This document shows, in pieces, positions 16,315 through 19,477 of a DNA stretch of 19,477 nt. The DNA lies in contig JBKPAK010000106.1 of NCBI GenBank assembly GCA_046726415.1, positions 1-19,477 of the forward strand. Reading direction: 5' to 3'. The notes under the pieces were generated by a model. That model saw only the letters and a list, made by a program, of their open reading frames with translations, was not told the origin of the DNA and made no database searches. Within the stretch, counting starts at the first letter, position 1. Each line of letters starts with the position of its first letter. Source of the stretch: Candidatus Methylomirabilota bacterium (GTDB lineage Bacteria; Methylomirabilota; Methylomirabilia; Rokubacteriales; CSP1-6). The position numbers and the translations under genes were made by a program.

Positions 16315-16605
16315 ACTTCGATCTCGGCTGGATGGAAAGGATGAAGCGTAGCCACGCGGGGCCTCCTGGAGACCTTCGGCATCGACGCGTCCGGCGCCAG
16401 ACGACCGGAGGAAACACTAGTCGCGCCGCTGAGGAACTCGCCGCCGCGTCCCGGCGTCGAAGATCGGTGCTGCCGGACGCTTCGATCATCGTCGAAGTGC
16501 TCATCGACGCGTCAGACCGTTTCGCATGTAAGAATCGCGGCTATGATTCTCCGGTCCTCATGATGGAAATCAGAACACAGGGTGTGCCGTCTGCAGGAGG
16601 TGGCC

Positions 16606-17160
16606 ATGCTGGAGGGGAAAACGCGCATCCCGCCCGTCGACGTCGAGACGCTTCCGGACGACCTGCGCGAAACGCTCGAGGAACAGCGCGAGCTCCGGGG
16701 CGCGCCGCTCTATCCCTACCTTTTCTACGCGCGCAACCCGGCGTACTTCCGCGCCGCGAAGGCGATGTGGGCCGCGCTCCAACAAGAGACTAAGCGCGTG
16801 CCCGTGACACTCCGGGCGCTGCTCAATCGGCGCGTGGCCTCGTGGAACGGCTGCGAGTTCTGACAGGACGTCAATGCTGCCGTGGGCAGCAGGAACGGCA
16901 TCTCGACGGAGAAGATCGAGGCGCTCACCGACTATGCGAAGAGCCCGCTCTTCAGTGACGCGGAGAAGGTCGCGCTCGAATACGCCGACGCGATCACGGA
17001 CACGAGCCGCGACGTCGACGACGAGCTGTTCGCGCGCATGCAACGGCACTACGACGACGACACCATCGCGGAGCTGACGATGATCATCGCGTGGGAGAAC
17101 GCGTCCTCGCGCTTCAACCGGGCGTTCCGCATCCCATCGCAAGGGTTCTGGAAGCCATGA
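16606..17160 (+). CDS. Carboxymuconolactone decarboxylase/AhpD-like protein, predicted selenoprotein (184 aa, C83-x-x-U86)
   Basis: AGGAGGT RBS and ATG at 16606. RRVASWNGCEF-TGA-QDVNAAVG continues in frame into LFSDAEKVALEYADAIT...ELTMIIAWENASSRFNRAF. The UGA occupies the second Cys position of the CMD NGCxxC motif. Confidence 0.85.
16875..16891 (+). promoter_or_regulatory. Candidate bacterial SECIS hairpin
   Basis: TGCTGCC-GTG-GGCAGCA, a perfect 7-bp stem with a G-first apical loop, separated from the UGA at 16861-16863 by 11 nt. Confidence 0.7.
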
Positions 17161-17200
17161 CCGATCAGCAGCACGGGCTCGCCGGCGACCTCACCCGCTG

Positions 17201-17974
17201 ATGGCCCGCTTCGGAGGATTTCGACCCGCGGCGTTCCGCTTCCTGCGCGATCTGGAGCGGAACAACGCGAAAGCCTGGTTCGAGGCCAACCGCAACGTCT
17301 ACGAGCGAGAGGTGCGGGAGCCGATGCGCCTGCTCGTCGAGACTCTCGACGCCACGCTGGGCTCCATCGCGCCCGAGATCGTGGGTGACCCGAAGCGCTC
17401 GATGTTCCGGATCCACCGCGACGTCCGCTTCTCCAAGAACAAGTCGCCGTACAAGACCAACGCCGGCGCCTGGCTCTATCATCGCGATGCCGGGCGCAAG
17501 GTGGGCACCGTGGGCGAGGGCGGGGGAGCGGGATTCTACTTTCACATCGACCCCACCACCTGTTTCATGGCCGGCGGCATGTGGATGCCTGCCCGGCCCG
17601 CGCTCCTGCGCATCCGCGAGGCCATCGCCGCCCAGCCCACCGCTCTGGCGCGGCTCACGAGCGCACCGGGATTCCGGCGGCGCTTCGGCGGCCTGAGCGA
17701 GGAAGCGAAGCTTCGCCGGGTTCCCCGAGAATTCCCGACCGACCATCCCGCGGCCGAGTGGCTGAAGCTCCAGTCGTTCACGGCTCGAGCCTCGATCGAG
17801 CCGAGCGTGGTCACGAGCCCGCGCTTGGTCGATCGCCTGTGCCGGGACTTCGAGCTTCTGGTGCCCCTGGTGCGCTGGCTCAATCGCGCGCTCGGCTACC
17901 AGCCGGCGAAGGCAGGGAGGTCGGACATGACGCGACGTACGACACCGCGGCGGACGAAATCGCGCGAACGCTAG
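17201..17974 (+). CDS. DUF2461 family protein (TIGR02453-like)
   Basis: FLRDLERNNAKAWFEANR, FRIHRDVRFSKNKSPYKT, GFYFHI, GGMW and LKLQSF. The last ~20 aa may be a read-through extension. Confidence 0.9.
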   Translation: MARFGGFRPAAFRFLRDLERNNAKAWFEANRNVYEREVREPMRLLVETLDATLGSIAPEIVGDPKRSMFRIHRDVRFSKNKSPYKTNAGAWLYHRDAGRKVGTVGEGGGAGFYFHIDPTTCFMAGGMWMPARPALLRIREAIAAQPTALARLTSAPGFRRRFGGLSEEAKLRRVPREFPTDHPAAEWLKLQSFTARASIEPSVVTSPRLVDRLCRDFELLVPLVRWLNRALGYQPAKAGRSDMTRRTTPRRTKSRER

Positions 17975-18400
17975 GCATCGACGTCCCCGACTACCCGAAG
18001 AGCCGCGCTTCAGCGCGGCCGAGCGCGTGGCGCGCGCATCTGGGAATCCGCGCCTCCTTCGGTCTCCTCGGCCCCCTCGTGGGCTAGGCTGCGCGATGCC
18101 CTGGACCGCGGAGACGCCCCTCGCACACGCGGCCCTCCCGTCCCGACCGCTTGGACAACCCGATTCGGTTCCTTCGGACTGGGTCCGCGGCCCGCCCGGC
18201 CGCTTGACATCTCGGCTACGCCAGCGGAGCATCGCTGCTCAGGCGGGACGCGGGGGGAACGAGGTGAAGGTTGGCGCCAGGCACGCGCGCGAGTGCCCTA
18301 GAACTCCTATCCTCTCGACGTGCGGCCCATCACGCCGGGCGTAGCCCGACAGCTCAACCTTCGCGGAGCGGAGGGCGGGCCAAGGGCTGATCACAACCCG

Positions 18401-18421
18401 GAGGGGGGCACCGCCCCCCTC
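18401..18421. repeat. Perfect 9-bp inverted repeat (REP-like hairpin)
   Basis: GAGGGGGGC-acc-GCCCCCCTC, immediately upstream of TAAGAT (18425-18430) and the CoA-transferase RBS. Confidence 0.55.
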
Positions 18422-18449
18422 TCGTAAGATCTGACGGGAGGAGTGGGCA

Positions 18450-19477
18450 ATGGCTGAGATCGGCGTTGAGCTTGACTGTCTCGAAGGCGTCAAGGTGGTG
18501 GATTTCACCCAGTTCGAGGCGGGGCCGTCCTGCACCGAGTCCCTGGCTTGGCTCGGCGCCGAGGTGGTCAAGATCGAGAACCCGACGACCGGCGATCCGG
18601 GCCGCCGCCTGCGCCCCGGCCAGCCCGACAACGACCCCTGGTATTTCCACCAGTTCAACGCCAACAAGAAGTCGCTGACCTTGAACCTCAAATCGCCGCG
18701 CGGGCTGGAGATCGTGCGCTCCCTGCTGAAAAAGGCCGATGTCACGGTCGAAAACATGGCGCCTGGCACGATCGAGCGCCTCGGCCTCGGCTATGACGCG
18801 GTCAAGGAGATCAACCCCGGCATCATCTATTGCCAGGTCAAGGGCTTCGGCACCGGGAGCCCGTACGAGAAAAGCCTCGCCTTCGACATGATCGCGCAGG
18901 CCGCGGGAGGCCCGATCAGCGTCACTGGCGAGGGCGACCGGGCGCCGGTCAAACCAGGCCCGAGCTTTGGCGACACGGGCACCGGCATGCTGATGGCGGT
19001 CAGCATCCTGGGCGCCCTCTACCAGCGGACCAAGACCGGCCAGGGGCGGCGCCTGCAGGTGGCGATGCAGGACGCGATGATCCATTACATGCGCGTGCCG
19101 TTCTCCCGCACCCAGCAGAGCGGCCAGGCTCAGCTACGCAACGGCAGCAGCCGGTCCAACCCCGCCCTCGCCCCGTCGGCCCTCTACCCGTGCAAGGGGG
19201 GCGGGCCGAACGACTACGCCTATATCTTCACCAGCCGCGCCAATCCCGATCATTGGCGGCGCCTCTTGAAGGCTATCGAACGCGAGGACCTGATCGGCGA
19301 CGCGCGCTACGACACCGGACCGGCGCGCGGCCAGCACGCGGCCGAGGTCGATGAGCTGATCGCCGCGTGGACTCGCGAGCATTCCAAGGAAGAGGTGATG
19401 AAGGTCATCGGCGACGCCGGGGTGCCGGCCGGGGCGGTGTTCGACACGCTGGAACTGATGAACGACCCCTCGCTCGC
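18450..19477 (+). CDS. Class III CoA-transferase (CaiB/BaiF, formyl-CoA transferase-like), 3' end beyond the window
   Basis: Not in the ORF track because it has no stop in the window. GGAGGAG RBS and ATG at 18450; LEGVKVVDFTQFEAGP, LGAEVVKIE, NANKKSLTLNLK, ENMAPG, FDMIAQA and catalytic-Asp motif SFGDTGTG. Confidence 0.93.
   Translation, partial: MAEIGVELDCLEGVKVVDFTQFEAGPSCTESLAWLGAEVVKIENPTTGDPGRRLRPGQPDNDPWYFHQFNANKKSLTLNLKSPRGLEIVRSLLKKADVTVENMAPGTIERLGLGYDAVKEINPGIIYCQVKGFGTGSPYEKSLAFDMIAQAAGGPISVTGEGDRAPVKPGPSFGDTGTGMLMAVSILGALYQRTKTGQGRRLQVAMQDAMIHYMRVPFSRTQQSGQAQLRNGSSRSNPALAPSALYPCKGGGPNDYAYIFTSRANPDHWRRLLKAIEREDLIGDARYDTGPARGQHAAEVDELIAAWTREHSKEEVMKVIGDAGVPAGAVFDTLELMNDPSL

Noticed and set aside
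1-19477. CRISPR array, tRNA (including tRNA-Sec) or rRNA
   Set aside because: No regularly spaced repeats and no cloverleaf or T-loop signature recognised by eye; a covariance-model scan would be needed to exclude them fully.

Overview
High-GC bacterial chromosomal window; the gene content and style resemble Candidatus Rokubacteria, but this is inference only. It is a mosaic of intact metabolic and signalling genes interleaved with at least a dozen gene fragments and frameshifted pseudogenes. Intact genes: HpcH aldolase, small partner plus amidase, two SDRs, vapBC, a zinc-ribbon/adenylate cyclase/AAA/TPR protein followed by a redoxin and a VOC protein, a second VOC, DUF2461 and a class III CoA-transferase. 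The strongest hidden signal is a CMD/AhpD-like gene (16606-17160) that the ORF track splits in two: its in-frame UGA falls in a C-x-x-U motif and is followed 11 nt later by a SECIS-like hairpin, so it is very probably a selenoprotein. The second is a glcG gene broken into two exactly complementary pieces 3.6 kb apart in permuted order, together with a duplicated 33-bp promoter-like segment. No rRNA, tRNA, CRISPR array, integrase or transposase was recognised.
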